64,000 bases of DNA, taken from contig JBDHZC010000009.1 of NCBI GenBank assembly GCA_039811685.1, forward strand, positions 72,153-136,152, in the 5' to 3' direction. This document shows, in pieces, positions 46,643 through 57,227 of this stretch (the stretch's first letter is position 1; each line of letters begins with the position of its first letter). Under the pieces are notes generated by a model. That model was not told where the DNA came from. It ran no database searches and saw only the letters and a program-made list of their open reading frames with translations. The position numbers and the translations under genes are program-made. The DNA comes from Armatimonadota bacterium (GTDB taxonomy: Bacteria; Armatimonadota; UBA5829; DSUL01).

Positions 46643-47242
46643 TTAGCCGGCGGCTTGCTGGAGAAGTTTGCCTATCACCGCGCGCATCGCCTTGCCGCGG
46701 TGGCTGAGGCTGTTCTTGACCTCCTGCGGGACTTCGGCGAGCGTCTTGCCAAGTGAGGGAATGAAAAAGATCGGATCGTAGCCGAATCCTCCTGTGCCCG
46801 ACGGCCGCTGGGTGATAACACCTTCGCAGGTTTCGAATGCTTCCAGTGTCTTGCCGTCCGGAAAGGCGATGCAGGCGGCGCAGGCAAAGCGCGCGGAGCG
46901 CTGATCTTCAGGAGTGCGCCCGAGCAGCCGCAAGAGCGCCTGATTGCGTTCTTCCGGTGTGCTGTGGTCGCCAATGAAACGGTTGGAGTGGATTCCCGGC
47001 GCTCCACCAAGCGCATCCACGCAGATGCCCGAGTCGTCTGCCAGACAGATTTCCCCGGTTTTCCGGGCAGCGGCGCAGGCTTTGAGGCGGGCATTCTCGG
47101 TGAAGGTCTGTCCAGTCTCCTCCGGCAGCTCTGTGTCCGGATACTTATCCAGACCCACAACGTCAACGGGAAAGCCGTGGAGAATGTTGCGGATTTCGTC
47201 AACCTTGTGCGGGTTTGACGTGGCGACGACCAGGCGCTTCAC
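46643..47242 (-). CDS. rdgB: Non-canonical purine NTP pyrophosphatase (RdgB/HAM1)
   Basis: [30 protein letters not shown] overlaps the rph stop. Confidence 0.93.
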   Translation of the reverse strand: MKRLVVATSNPHKVDEIRNILHGFPVDVVGLDKYPDTELPEETGQTFTENARLKACAAARKTGEICLADDSGICVDALGGAPGIHSNRFIGDHSTPEERNQALLRLLGRTPEDQRSARFACAACIAFPDGKTLEAFETCEGVITQRPSGTGGFGYDPIFFIPSLGKTLAEVPQEVKNSLSHRGKAMRAVIGKLLQQAAG

Positions 47243-47961
47243 TGTCCGTTCAGCGCCGCTTTCTGAATCTGCATCAACTGACGTATTCCGCGCTCTCCCA
47301 GATCCAGCAGCTTGTTCAGGCGGTCCCGTCCGAACGGCGTGGCTTCGGCTGTGCCCTGAATTTCCACGAACTTGCCCTCGCCAGTCATGACCAGGTTCAT
47401 ATCCACCTGCGCCACGCTGTCTTCTTCGTAGCACAGATCCAGAAGCTCCGCCCCGGAGACAATGCCTACGCTTACAGCGGCCAGTGACGTGGAAACAGGT
47501 TTGCGGCTGATCAGCTTCTGTTTCGTCAGATAGTCGAAGGCATCCACCAGCGCGACGTACGCCCCGGTAATGGAAGCAGTGCGCGTTCCGCCGTCCGCCT
47601 GAATGACGTCACAGTCCAGCCAGATGGTGCGCTCGCCCATCGCGTCCAGATCAACTACAGAGCGCATTGACCGTCCCACAAGACGCTGAATCTCCAGCGT
47701 GCGCCCGCCCTGCTGCCCGCGTCCTGCCTCCCGCTGGTTGCGCTCCTTGCACGAGCGCGGGATCATTCCATATTCCGCCGTCACCCAGCCGCCGCCTGAG
47801 CCTTTGCGAAACAGCGGGACTTTCTCTTCAACGGAAGCGGTGCAGATGACGCGCGTGTCTCCCATCTCGATGAGGCAGGAGCCTTCGGCGTACTTGATGT
47901 AGTTGCGGGTTATTTTGCAGGGGCGAAGTTCGTCAACGCTGCGCCCGTCAATTCTTGGCAT
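47239..47961 (-). CDS. rph: Ribonuclease PH
   Basis: [45 protein letters not shown]. Confidence 0.96.
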   Translation of the reverse strand: MPRIDGRSVDELRPCKITRNYIKYAEGSCLIEMGDTRVICTASVEEKVPLFRKGSGGGWVTAEYGMIPRSCKERNQREAGRGQQGGRTLEIQRLVGRSMRSVVDLDAMGERTIWLDCDVIQADGGTRTASITGAYVALVDAFDYLTKQKLISRKPVSTSLAAVSVGIVSGAELLDLCYEEDSVAQVDMNLVMTGEGKFVEIQGTAEATPFGRDRLNKLLDLGERGIRQLMQIQKAALNGQ

Positions 47962-48130
47962 GGGTGTAAAAGGGTAGCCGGTTCAGCCTGAAGATGCACC
48001 CAGGCTGGAAAGTCCAGCGCTTGTCTTCAGAAGCTGCGCGCGGTGTGTGTGTTTGTCCGGTCCAGTTTATCGCCGTCCGACCGTCTGTCGCCGTCCGGCA
48101 ATCCACTGCCGGGCAGCAATACCGTATAAC

Positions 48131-48967
48131 TCAAAGCGCGGCGAGTTGGCTACCCCGCGCGGGGCTCAGCTTGAGGTCACCCGGCGCCCAGGGCACAATC
48201 TCCAGCTCCGGCAGCGCCTGGCCAAGGAAGCGCGATCCCACCGGCCGGAAAGTCTCCGAAGGGGCAGAGAGGACAAAGCGGCTCGGGGAGCGCTCGTCAA
48301 TCTGGTCGCCAGTTTGCGCCAGAATCTCCCGCACAGCCTCTTCGGCCGGGTCAACAAAGGCCGTGTCAGGCGGGCAGAGCTCGCGCATACAGGGCACAAG
48401 AAACGGGTAGTGCGTACAGCCGAGCACGAACACTTTCGCTCCTGCGTCCAGGCCGGGCTGAAGGCACTCTTTTACTGCGTCTTCCACCCGGGGGCCGGTG
48501 AGTTGCCCACTCTCGATAAGCGGCACGAACTGTGGACAGCCAGTCTGAATCACCTGCACTGAAGGAGCCTCCGCCGCGATTGCCCGCAGATAGCCACCAC
48601 TGGCGACCGTGCCAGCCGTAGCCAGAACCGCAATTTTGTGCTGAGACAGGCGCGCTGCCGCCCTTGCTCCGGCCTGAATGACGCCGATTACGGGAATGTC
48701 CGGATGAATCCGGCGAGCGTCATCGAGCGCAACGGCGCTGGACATGTTGCAGGCCATCAAAATAGCCCCGGCGCCCTCTGCCAAAAGGTAGTCTATGATG
48801 CCAAGCGCAAAGCCGCGCACTTGCTCGCCCGGGCGGTCCCCGTACGGCACATGCGCTGTGTCCGCGAAATAGATGATGCTGGCGTCTGGATTGACGCTGA
48901 ACAGCGCGCGGACAACGGACAGGCCACCGAGTCCCGAATCAAAGACGCCAATCTTCACACCGCTCAT
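48131..48967 (-). CDS. murI: Glutamate racemase
   Basis: FDSGLGGLSV, PYG, ACN, LGCTHYP. Confidence 0.94.
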   Translation of the reverse strand: MSGVKIGVFDSGLGGLSVVRALFSVNPDASIIYFADTAHVPYGDRPGEQVRGFALGIIDYLLAEGAGAILMACNMSSAVALDDARRIHPDIPVIGVIQAGARAAARLSQHKIAVLATAGTVASGGYLRAIAAEAPSVQVIQTGCPQFVPLIESGQLTGPRVEDAVKECLQPGLDAGAKVFVLGCTHYPFLVPCMRELCPPDTAFVDPAEEAVREILAQTGDQIDERSPSRFVLSAPSETFRPVGSRFLGQALPELEIVPWAPGDLKLSPARGSQLAAL

Positions 48968-49545
48968 TTGGGAATGACCACCATCGTCCTGTCTGGAATC
49001 TGGGGGATTGTGAGGTCTGCCGCGCCTCCCAGAGTCTCCATCTCTCCGCTGTCTGAGACTATCCTGACAGATTTTGTCCCCGGATAGCTTTCGGCCAGAG
49101 TCAGGACCAGCGCGTTCACCGCCGCCGCTTCTTCTGAGGTGCCGCCTGTAAAGTTGCGAATCTGGTCTGTGAGCACCAGCGTCAGATGTCCTTTGCCATC
49201 GTCCTTGACGCTGGAAACGTGCGTGCCCTCCGGGTAGAAGCGCTTGCCGCCAGCCTGCGCTTCCAGCACCTTGTTGACAGGCTCGTATTTGGGCGCGTCT
49301 TCCGGCAGTGTCACCTTTTCGGCGCTGACCTTCTGCTCTCCGTTAACGACTGAGGGGAGATAAATTACGCTCGTGCGCTCTACAGGGGCAGCAGGCGGCG
49401 CTGGTGGTTTGGGTCTGGGAGCGGCAGGGGCGCTTGGCGGAGGTTGCGGCGGCTGATGCGTGCATCCTGCCCCGAAGAGAGTTGAGAGCCCCAGACAGAC
49501 TGCCGCGATAAACGGAATCTTCACTTTCAATAGTCGCTCACGCAC
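48964..49545 (-). CDS. GerMN domain lipoprotein
   Basis: Lipobox GAGC, Pro-rich linker, 'P.GT', 'GG...E...V..LV.TL'. Confidence 0.8.
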   Translation of the reverse strand: MRERLLKVKIPFIAAVCLGLSTLFGAGCTHQPPQPPPSAPAAPRPKPPAPPAAPVERTSVIYLPSVVNGEQKVSAEKVTLPEDAPKYEPVNKVLEAQAGGKRFYPEGTHVSSVKDDGKGHLTLVLTDQIRNFTGGTSEEAAAVNALVLTLAESYPGTKSVRIVSDSGEMETLGGAADLTIPQIPDRTMVVIPK

Positions 49546-49554
49546 TCAGAGATG

Positions 49555-51279
49555 TTACCTGTCTTTGTACGCTTGACCGGCTGAGGCGTAGTAGTTACCC
49601 AAACCCAGACCCGGTCGAAGGGGGCCTTTTGCCTGCACTGGCGCCCCCAGATACACAGAGATACCGTCAACGATCGCCCTGGCCACCTGTTTCTGGAAGT
49701 CTGCGTCACCCAGGCGCGAAGCGTCTCTGGCGTGGTTGACATAGCCCACTTCAACGAGGATAGCCGGAACGCTGGAGTTGCGCAGTACAAAGAGTCCGGT
49801 GCGGTACAATTTTGTGTCGGAACGGGCGCCGCGCGCAGGCATGTCCGTAGCGGCGGTAATCTTGTCGTGCACAATCTGCGCCAGCGCGCGCGAGTTGGGC
49901 TCCTGGTTGTGATAGTAAACCTCCGTTCCCGATGTGCTGTTGGCGCGGGTGTTGGAGTTGGAGTGAATGCTCACAAAAAGCGAAGCGTTGTTCGGCTTGA
50001 TCTGGTCTGTGCGATATCCCAGTGACACAAAGACGTCGGAGTCGCGCGTCAGAACCGGATTGAGTCCTCTATTCCGGGCTTCCTCAGCCGTCGCCAGCCC
50101 GATCGCAAGATTGATGTCCTTCTCCCGGAGCGCGTTTCCGGTTGCCCCTGTGTCTTTACCCCCGTGTCCCGGGTCAATGATAACCGTCGTCCCGCGAAGA
50201 CCCTGCTCGCTTCCGTCAGGTACGCTCATCTCCCACACCAGCTCATTGGGAGAGGAGCCAGCCTTGATGCGTGAAACCAGAAGACGCCTGGTCTCGGCGA
50301 CAAGGCGTGATCTTGGAGGTGAGGAAGGGAAGGAGTCCAGGCGCATGCTCTGCAGCAGTTGTCCTGCCACGTTCCACTGGCGGTCTGCAGAGACCACAAC
50401 AGCGGGACTGAAATCCAGCCAGAGCTGGCCTTCGCTCAGGCGTTGTCCGAGCTCCGGAGAAGCCGGGCGATCTGTCGAGATCACGACGCGCACGATGCCA
50501 TCGGCGGTATCCAGACGCACGTCTTTGATGGTGAGAGGTCCGGTAGGCGCCGGGTCTGATGAGCCGCCCGTGGAAGCCGTCTTTGGCTCACTTAAGCCGC
50601 CCGGGGATCGGATGGTGACAGCGATAGATTCGGAGCGCTGGGGTGAAATCGCGCTGAAATCGAGGCGGCCGACGGTTTCCGCAGTAACGCGGGCGGTGGT
50701 GGCGCCCGCCTGCCCCACGCGCAGCGCCTTCACATTTGACGACTTGGAGCGAGTTTCGTTTGACCCCCCCACCAGAACAGTGTTAGGGAAGTCAATGTAG
50801 ATGCGCTCCGGTGAGCTGAGGCGCTTGACTTCATACCGGACCGGAAGGCTTGTGGCGACTCTGATCTGTCCGCCTGCATAGCGCACATCCGTAATGCGCG
50901 CCAGAAGCGAGAGGCTGTTGGAGCCGCGCACTGCAGAAGCGTTGAGGGCTTCCGCCAGACCGTACATCGAGACATAGTCCTGCCCGTCCACGGCCTTGCG
51001 CGCTACCTTCTTTGAGCCCGGTGTGACCGCAAAGCTGTTTGCGTCAGCTTTCAAGGTGATTGACAGAGCTCTGGCGGCGTCATCCGCCGGCGCCCACGCA
51101 TCCGAGCCTTCGAAAAAAGCGGGTGGGTTGCAGGCCATCGGAGCGCCGGCAACCGTGATGGCGCAGGCCTGTCTGCCTGAGTGCCCGGTTTTGGCGGCTT
51201 GTCCAGGGGCTGCAGCATGGGCGCCGGCGCCCGAAAGCAGTAACAGCGCAGCCGCAACAGCAGGTTTGCAAATCTTCAA
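49555..51279 (-). CDS. N-acetylmuramoyl-L-alanine amidase (Amidase_3) with AMIN domains
   Basis: Signal peptide; P.RIYIDF; IDPGHGGKD.GA, FVSIHSN, PAILVEVGY. Confidence 0.92.
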   Translation of the reverse strand: MKICKPAVAAALLLLSGAGAHAAAPGQAAKTGHSGRQACAITVAGAPMACNPPAFFEGSDAWAPADDAARALSITLKADANSFAVTPGSKKVARKAVDGQDYVSMYGLAEALNASAVRGSNSLSLLARITDVRYAGGQIRVATSLPVRYEVKRLSSPERIYIDFPNTVLVGGSNETRSKSSNVKALRVGQAGATTARVTAETVGRLDFSAISPQRSESIAVTIRSPGGLSEPKTASTGGSSDPAPTGPLTIKDVRLDTADGIVRVVISTDRPASPELGQRLSEGQLWLDFSPAVVVSADRQWNVAGQLLQSMRLDSFPSSPPRSRLVAETRRLLVSRIKAGSSPNELVWEMSVPDGSEQGLRGTTVIIDPGHGGKDTGATGNALREKDINLAIGLATAEEARNRGLNPVLTRDSDVFVSLGYRTDQIKPNNASLFVSIHSNSNTRANSTSGTEVYYHNQEPNSRALAQIVHDKITAATDMPARGARSDTKLYRTGLFVLRNSSVPAILVEVGYVNHARDASRLGDADFQKQVARAIVDGISVYLGAPVQAKGPLRPGLGLGNYYASAGQAYKDR

Positions 51280-51760
51280 GTTATCTCCTCTTCGCGTGCT
51301 GGATGAGTGGCAAACGATGAGCTACTGGCTCACTCATATCACCTTGAGAGAGATCCGGAAGCTACTCTGGAGCTCGACACCGCTCCAGGTAACGCGCGTC
51401 CGGGCCTGGCTCGTCATGATGTCCCTTAGAGCATCTGGCCGGGCGCATCTCTTTGGGCGGAGGACGCACCGGGACCTGTCTGTGGAAATCTCCAGGACCT
51501 TTCGGCCTGACGCCAGGCTAAAGTTGTCCTAAACAATACACCGACTCTGGCACTATTTGCAAGTCTTTACCAGCCATTTTTGACGAGATAACCCGCTTCA
51601 ATAGTAACGCGCAAAAGGCAAATCTCCCTGAAACTGCGCCGTTTGCCCGCTTCTGCGGCGTCGCTTGCGCGTCTTTCCCCTGCTGCACGGCAGGAAACAG
51701 CAGGAGCATCTGAGAACACGCCAGCAACACACACCATGTCATGTATTGTTGGATACACCT

Positions 51761-53197
51761 ATGAAAAACTCCGTTGACCTCATTCCACATCCCACCAGCG
51801 TCACTTCTGGCTCTGGACGCCTGAACCTGACCCGGCCGGTGCGCGTCTTTGCGTCCGAGTCTGAGGCGGTGCGCCCTGCGCTGGCGGCGGTGGAGCGCTG
51901 GCTGGGAGGGACGCGGGAGGCAGACCCGGACAGCGCGCAGATTGCGCTGGAGCTTGCGCCCGGTGAGATGGCGGCGGAGGCCTACACTCTGGAGGTTGGT
52001 GACAGAGTAGTTATTCGCGCTTCTGATGAGGCAGGGCTGTTTTACGGCGTTCAGACTATGCGGCAGTTGGCTGAGGTTCAGGCCAATGGCTGGGTGGCGC
52101 CCCGGGGCCGCATAGAGGACAGTCCGGCATGGGGATACAGAGGGTTCATGCTGGACGTGGGGCGCAACTTCATGTCTGTGGAGTTTCTCAAACGCCAGAT
52201 TGACATTGCCGCCTCTTACAAGCTCAATGTCTTTCACTTTCACCTGACAGAGTTTCCGGGCTGGCGCTTTGAGACAAAGGCCTTTCCAGACCTCAAATCC
52301 GAGCAGTATTACTCACAGGAAGAGATGCGGGAGATTGTGGAGTATGCCGCCGAGCGGTGTATGACTGTCGTTCCTGAAATTGAGATGCCCGGACATTCGA
52401 CAGCGTTTCTGAAGATGATGCCGCACCTGAAATGCACAAACAACACCATGTGCATGGGGAGCGAGGAGACCTACGCGACCCTGGAGACAATTCTCACTGA
52501 GGTGGCCGGCATCTTTCCCGGTCCCTACATCCACATCGGAACGGATGAATGCCGCGGTGGGGTGGGCTGTGCCAGGTGTGCTGCCACATGGGAGGCACTG
52601 CAGGGCTACGCCCATCATCCGCCCTCTCTGATGGCCTATTTCATTGGCCGGATAAATGAGGTGGTCAAAGGTCTCGGCCGCACAACCATGGTCTGGAACG
52701 ATCAGCTTGACGAAGGGCTTCCGGAGGACGTTACTGTTTTTGCGTGGCGGCACGACTCAAACGCTAATTCGATTGCTCAGCGGGGCTGGAAGACAGTCAA
52801 CTGCCACTGCCCCGAGTTGTACTTTGACTACGGCAGCCCGGCGCAGTACATCCCGATCATCTACAACTGGTCACCGGACAACGGCCAGTCTGCGGGCGCT
52901 TCGAACATCCTGGGTGGGGAAGCGGAGGCCTGGCACGACCCGCCCGTGGACTTCGAAGAGCAGATAGTTGAAGATCTCGGGTTCTATCCTCGACTGTTGA
53001 CAGTCGCGGAGCGTGTCTGGGCGGGCGCTGCGGGATCGCCGCCATTTGAAGAGTTTCACGAGCGCCTGCTGGAGCACAAAGCCCGGTTTTTCAGCAGTCT
53101 CGCCTTTCCCTATCCCGAAGCGCCTGAAGAGCCCTGGCAGAAACGCTACGAAGGCAAGTGGCCGCCCCCGCCTGAAGCGGGTCTGACGATGGAGTAG
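51761..53197 (+). CDS. GH20 beta-N-acetylhexosaminidase
   Basis: YRGFMLDVGRNF, HFHLT, PEIEMPGH, HIGTDE. Confidence 0.88.
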   Translation: MKNSVDLIPHPTSVTSGSGRLNLTRPVRVFASESEAVRPALAAVERWLGGTREADPDSAQIALELAPGEMAAEAYTLEVGDRVVIRASDEAGLFYGVQTMRQLAEVQANGWVAPRGRIEDSPAWGYRGFMLDVGRNFMSVEFLKRQIDIAASYKLNVFHFHLTEFPGWRFETKAFPDLKSEQYYSQEEMREIVEYAAERCMTVVPEIEMPGHSTAFLKMMPHLKCTNNTMCMGSEETYATLETILTEVAGIFPGPYIHIGTDECRGGVGCARCAATWEALQGYAHHPPSLMAYFIGRINEVVKGLGRTTMVWNDQLDEGLPEDVTVFAWRHDSNANSIAQRGWKTVNCHCPELYFDYGSPAQYIPIIYNWSPDNGQSAGASNILGGEAEAWHDPPVDFEEQIVEDLGFYPRLLTVAERVWAGAAGSPPFEEFHERLLEHKARFFSSLAFPYPEAPEEPWQKRYEGKWPPPPEAGLTME

Positions 53198-53454
53198 CGT
53201 CCGAACTCCACTTTTCCACCAGCAGCCTCACTGCTTTGCGCAGTCCAGCCTCCTGACCTCACGTGGGACGGGATTGGAGACGCCTGTCTCATTTGTGGCA
53301 AAAGTCTATGGTAAGCCCGCGTGTTTTGCCGCGTTGTGCCCCTCTTGTCAATCTCTCGCTCTGTGCGCCTGCGCAAGCTCCGCGAAAATCAGGCGACAGG
53401 TAAACGGGCCGGTTAGCGCAGACCGGCTGGACGTGCGTCGAAGGTGTCAATGCA

Positions 53455-54939
53455 TTGGCTGGAAAACTGAAAGTCCTGGTAGTGTCCACCGAAGCCGCTC
53501 CGCTGGCGAAGGTTAGCAGCGCTGCTGAGGTGGCGGGAAGCCTGCCCAAAGCGCTGCGAGCTTTCGGAGTGGACGCCCGCATTATGATGCCGGGCTACAG
53601 AGTGATTCTCAAGAGCGCTGAGGCTTATTCGCAGGGCGAGGTTCTTCCTGTTGCGGGCGCAGGCGGCATAGACCACCCGGCGGAGATATGGATTGCGACT
53701 GCCAGTGGCGTGCCGGTCTATCTGGTGGCTAATGAGGACTGCTTCGGGTGTGCCACAGACTCCAGAAGAATCTACCAGAGCGGCCCAGAAGCCTGGATCT
53801 TTTTCTGCCGCGCGGTGTTGGAGTGGCTTCAGAAAAACGCGGAGGGTTGGGTTCCGGACGTCATCCACATCAATGACTGGCACACGTCTCTGTGCGCAGT
53901 CTATCTGGCGACCTATCCGGAGAGCTACCGCAAGCTGGCAAAAACGGCGGTTGTGTGCACTATTCACAACCTGGCTTATCAGGGTGAGTTTGACGACGGC
54001 GTTATTCCCTATGCCAACCTGCCCTGGGACGTTTATCACTACGACAGGCTGGAGTGCTTTGGCCGCGCCAACTTTCTGAAGGGCGGCATTGTCTATTCGG
54101 ATCTGGTGAATACGGTCAGCCGCACGTACGCTCAGGAGATTCAGACTCCGGAGTACGGCTGCCGGCTGGACAGGCTGTTGCGCTATAAGGACGCCAACCA
54201 CCGCCTGTGGGGAATTGTCAGTGGCATCGACTACAAGGACTACAACCCGCAGACCGATGCGCTCATAGCGAGAACCTTCTCCTCTGGCGATCTTCAGGCG
54301 CGTTCAAAGAACAAGGCGAAGCTGCAGCGCTTGTGCGGTCTGAAAGTGTCCAAAGCGACGCCCATTTTCGGCTTTACCGGAGGCGCCATTCCTCAGAAAG
54401 GCATTGACCTCATGGAGAAGATTCTCCCAAAGATGCTGGAAGTGGGCGCACAGTTTGTCTTTCTCGGGACGGGTGAGCCCGCTTATGAGAAGTCGCTCAC
54501 GCGCTTTGCAGTTGAAAATCCGGAGCAGGTCTTTGTAAAGGTGGGTTTTGACGCCGAGTTTGCCCGGCAGATTTACGCCGGTGTGGACTTCTTTCTGATG
54601 CCCAGCCGCCTTGAACCGTGCGGACAGGAGCAGATGATCGCGCTGCGCTACGGCTCTGTTCCGATCGCGCGCTCGACCGGCGGGCTGGCTGATACGGTCA
54701 GTGAGTGGATCGGCGAGGCGGGCTGCGGGTTCGTCTTTGGTGACTACACTGCCTTCGCCTTCTGGGCTGCTGTGGAACGCGCTCTGGCTGTGTTCAAAGA
54801 CAAGGCGCAATGGGAAAAACTGGTGAGGGGCGCAATGGAGCAGGACTGGTCGTGGTCCCGCTCCAGCAAAGCCTACATCCGCTTCTACAAGGAGGCGATT
54901 CGCGTCCACGCGGGAGAGCCCGCGCGCTCCCCAGCATGA
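53455..54939 (+). CDS. glgA: Glycogen synthase (GT5) homolog with degenerate motifs
   Basis: HINDWHT, TIHNLAYQG, TVS.TYA.EI, MPSRLEPCG, TGGLADTV; KxGGL replaced by KVSSA. Confidence 0.85.
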   Translation: MAGKLKVLVVSTEAAPLAKVSSAAEVAGSLPKALRAFGVDARIMMPGYRVILKSAEAYSQGEVLPVAGAGGIDHPAEIWIATASGVPVYLVANEDCFGCATDSRRIYQSGPEAWIFFCRAVLEWLQKNAEGWVPDVIHINDWHTSLCAVYLATYPESYRKLAKTAVVCTIHNLAYQGEFDDGVIPYANLPWDVYHYDRLECFGRANFLKGGIVYSDLVNTVSRTYAQEIQTPEYGCRLDRLLRYKDANHRLWGIVSGIDYKDYNPQTDALIARTFSSGDLQARSKNKAKLQRLCGLKVSKATPIFGFTGGAIPQKGIDLMEKILPKMLEVGAQFVFLGTGEPAYEKSLTRFAVENPEQVFVKVGFDAEFARQIYAGVDFFLMPSRLEPCGQEQMIALRYGSVPIARSTGGLADTVSEWIGEAGCGFVFGDYTAFAFWAAVERALAVFKDKAQWEKLVRGAMEQDWSWSRSSKAYIRFYKEAIRVHAGEPARSPA

Positions 54940-55012
54940 AGGCAGAAGTATTTCTGAAAGAGACTGTGGCAGCCGGCTCAGACGAGCCGGCTGCGTTTCC
55001 AATTGAGGAGTC

Positions 55013-57055
55013 TTACTTCTTCGCGGGTTTGACCGGTTTGGTGATGGCCCGAAACGCATCCATCGGCGGCGCTTCGGTAAGTCTCTTACAGAGCCCATCC
55101 AGATAGGCGACCGCAACTGTGCCGTCAGCTCCCCATGAAAGCGCCTCCGGCCCCACCGGCACGCCCGGATTACCTTCGAAGAAGACGATCAGCTCTGAAG
55201 GATTTGCTTCTATCTGCTTGAGCTTCAGCCCGGCCACCTTGTAGTTGTAAACGTATGGCTGGCCGGTCGTCGGGCTCTTGAAAACGTCCTTGTTCTGAAC
55301 ATAGGGCTCCAGCGCCTTCATCCAGGTTTTCGAAGGGGGAGTCAGACCGTCGTGGTCATCTGTGTACATCCGCACGGCGACTGCCAACTGTTTCAGATTG
55401 GAAAGGCTGACAGAGTCCTGCGCAGCCTCCCTGGCTCGCGCAAAGACAGGGAACAGGATAGCCGCCGTAATCGCCGGCGCAGCCGTAACATACGCTGAAA
55501 ACAGCGGTGACTGAGGGGCGATGGTGGTCTTTACTCCAAGCTTCAGCGTCGCTCCGCTCTCTGTGGTTCCCACCGACAGCCCGATGCCTTCCGTTCCTTT
55601 CAGCGTGTCCAGAAGCGGTCGCAGAACTGCAAAGTCCCGTCCGACGAGGCCTTCGTACATGTAGCCGATGGCGCTGATGGCATCGAGTCCGATCCACGCG
55701 TCTGCAATCTGAGGCCCACCGACCAGCGTGTTCACTTCCGAGAAGGCCGCCCGGCTGGCCAGAGAGTTTTCCGGAGTGACGGCCTCGGCTTTCTGCATAC
55801 TGCGCAGGTCGCTGGCATAGATAACCTTCGAGCCTGTCTGTGCGATGTAGCCTGCGCCTTTTGCTTCCTTGTGGGTCAGCTTTGCCCGGCTCCCCTGCCG
55901 CGTCACAGTGAACTTACGCGCGCGTAAGGCGTCCTGAAGCGCGCCCAGGATTCGAGCCGCCTGCTGCTCGCTGGAAGCCTGCGCAACGACCACCAGACTG
56001 GGCTGAGGGACAATGGCCATCAGCGCGGCCCCTACGGGAACATTGCCTGCAGAGGCCGCCAGGAGCGCTGCGGGAACAAAGGGGTCGTTTGCGCCGCTCG
56101 ACAGCGCGCTTGTTATGCCATCGGCGGGCAGGGTGTCCGCAGAGGCCAGTGCTACGCAGGCCAGCGCCTCGCGCGGCATGGCTTTGGCGATGTCAGCTTT
56201 GGCGGCGCCAGCCGGGACAAAGGACGAGAGCATCATCATGAGCATGGGCGGCAGATCGCCGTTGACGCTCAGCACAACGCCATGTTCGTTCAGCGCAACC
56301 CCGCCGTCCGCCTTGAGTTGTGATGCGGCCATCGCCAGAAGACCCGCCGTGCCCTCGTCTTCACTTCCTTCAGCTTTGTCTGGCATCATTTTGCCTGCGA
56401 TAGGCTCCAGATTCACAGCAAAAGCCAGCAGATCGTCCTGGTGCTTATCGAGCGCAGCGTTGAGTGAATGAACTTTACCGGAGTCAGATGTCAGGGCAGC
56501 CTGGATGCGAGAGGCGCTGTCGGCAAACAGAACAAAACCGTCACCGATAGCGTAGGCTGGCTCAATCTTCTGATCCGGGATCTTCCAGGTGGTGACTCTT
56601 GCGCCGGCTACCTCGCGCACGACCGGGTCGGAGTCTCTCAAGACAGAGCCTATCAACTCGGACATGGCGGTTTCAGCGGCGGCTCTGTCTCTGGAGGCAA
56701 GCGCCACAACAAACGCCGGGTCCTTTCCGGAGACCGGGTCAACGCCTATCACCACGCGCTCGGCCCACCAGGGCAACAGGCCCTCCTGAGCGCCCAGGTT
56801 TATGCCAAGTGCGCGCAGCAGCCTGGAAACCCCTGTCGCAAACGACTGGTTGAGCTGCTTGATGTCCTGATAGTCAGCTTTCTCCGCGACGCTTTTCAGA
56901 TAGGCGCCGCTGGCGGTATTTGCGCTGGCGTCAACGCGGACGACCACCGGCCAGTCAGGTGGGACGAACCTCATCAGGTCGTCAGCGGCACGCGCCGTAC
57001 CCACGGCGAGTATCCACACCGCCGCAACAACAAGTAGAAGGCTTATTTTTTTCAT
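55013..57055 (-). CDS. Secreted DUF3352-like protein fused to a DUF1559-type pilin-like C-domain
   Basis: Signal peptide; C-terminal AAILFPVFARAREAA...SNLKQL...MY..D.D and 'YLDG'. Confidence 0.7.
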   Translation of the reverse strand: MKKISLLLVVAAVWILAVGTARAADDLMRFVPPDWPVVVRVDASANTASGAYLKSVAEKADYQDIKQLNQSFATGVSRLLRALGINLGAQEGLLPWWAERVVIGVDPVSGKDPAFVVALASRDRAAAETAMSELIGSVLRDSDPVVREVAGARVTTWKIPDQKIEPAYAIGDGFVLFADSASRIQAALTSDSGKVHSLNAALDKHQDDLLAFAVNLEPIAGKMMPDKAEGSEDEGTAGLLAMAASQLKADGGVALNEHGVVLSVNGDLPPMLMMMLSSFVPAGAAKADIAKAMPREALACVALASADTLPADGITSALSSGANDPFVPAALLAASAGNVPVGAALMAIVPQPSLVVVAQASSEQQAARILGALQDALRARKFTVTRQGSRAKLTHKEAKGAGYIAQTGSKVIYASDLRSMQKAEAVTPENSLASRAAFSEVNTLVGGPQIADAWIGLDAISAIGYMYEGLVGRDFAVLRPLLDTLKGTEGIGLSVGTTESGATLKLGVKTTIAPQSPLFSAYVTAAPAITAAILFPVFARAREAAQDSVSLSNLKQLAVAVRMYTDDHDGLTPPSKTWMKALEPYVQNKDVFKSPTTGQPYVYNYKVAGLKLKQIEANPSELIVFFEGNPGVPVGPEALSWGADGTVAVAYLDGLCKRLTEAPPMDAFRAITKPVKPAKK

Positions 57056-57227
57056 GGGCTTGTTTTCTTTTTGCGTCTTATCGCTGCTAGGGTCCGGCGC
57101 GGCATCGCGCGCCGGAATGGGCCAGGATATTCCCCGCGCGCAACAGCTCACACAAACAGCCGTCCGCTACGCCGGGAATAACCCGTAATTACATCTCAAT
57201 GTCAGAAATCCTCTTCGCTTGCCTTAG

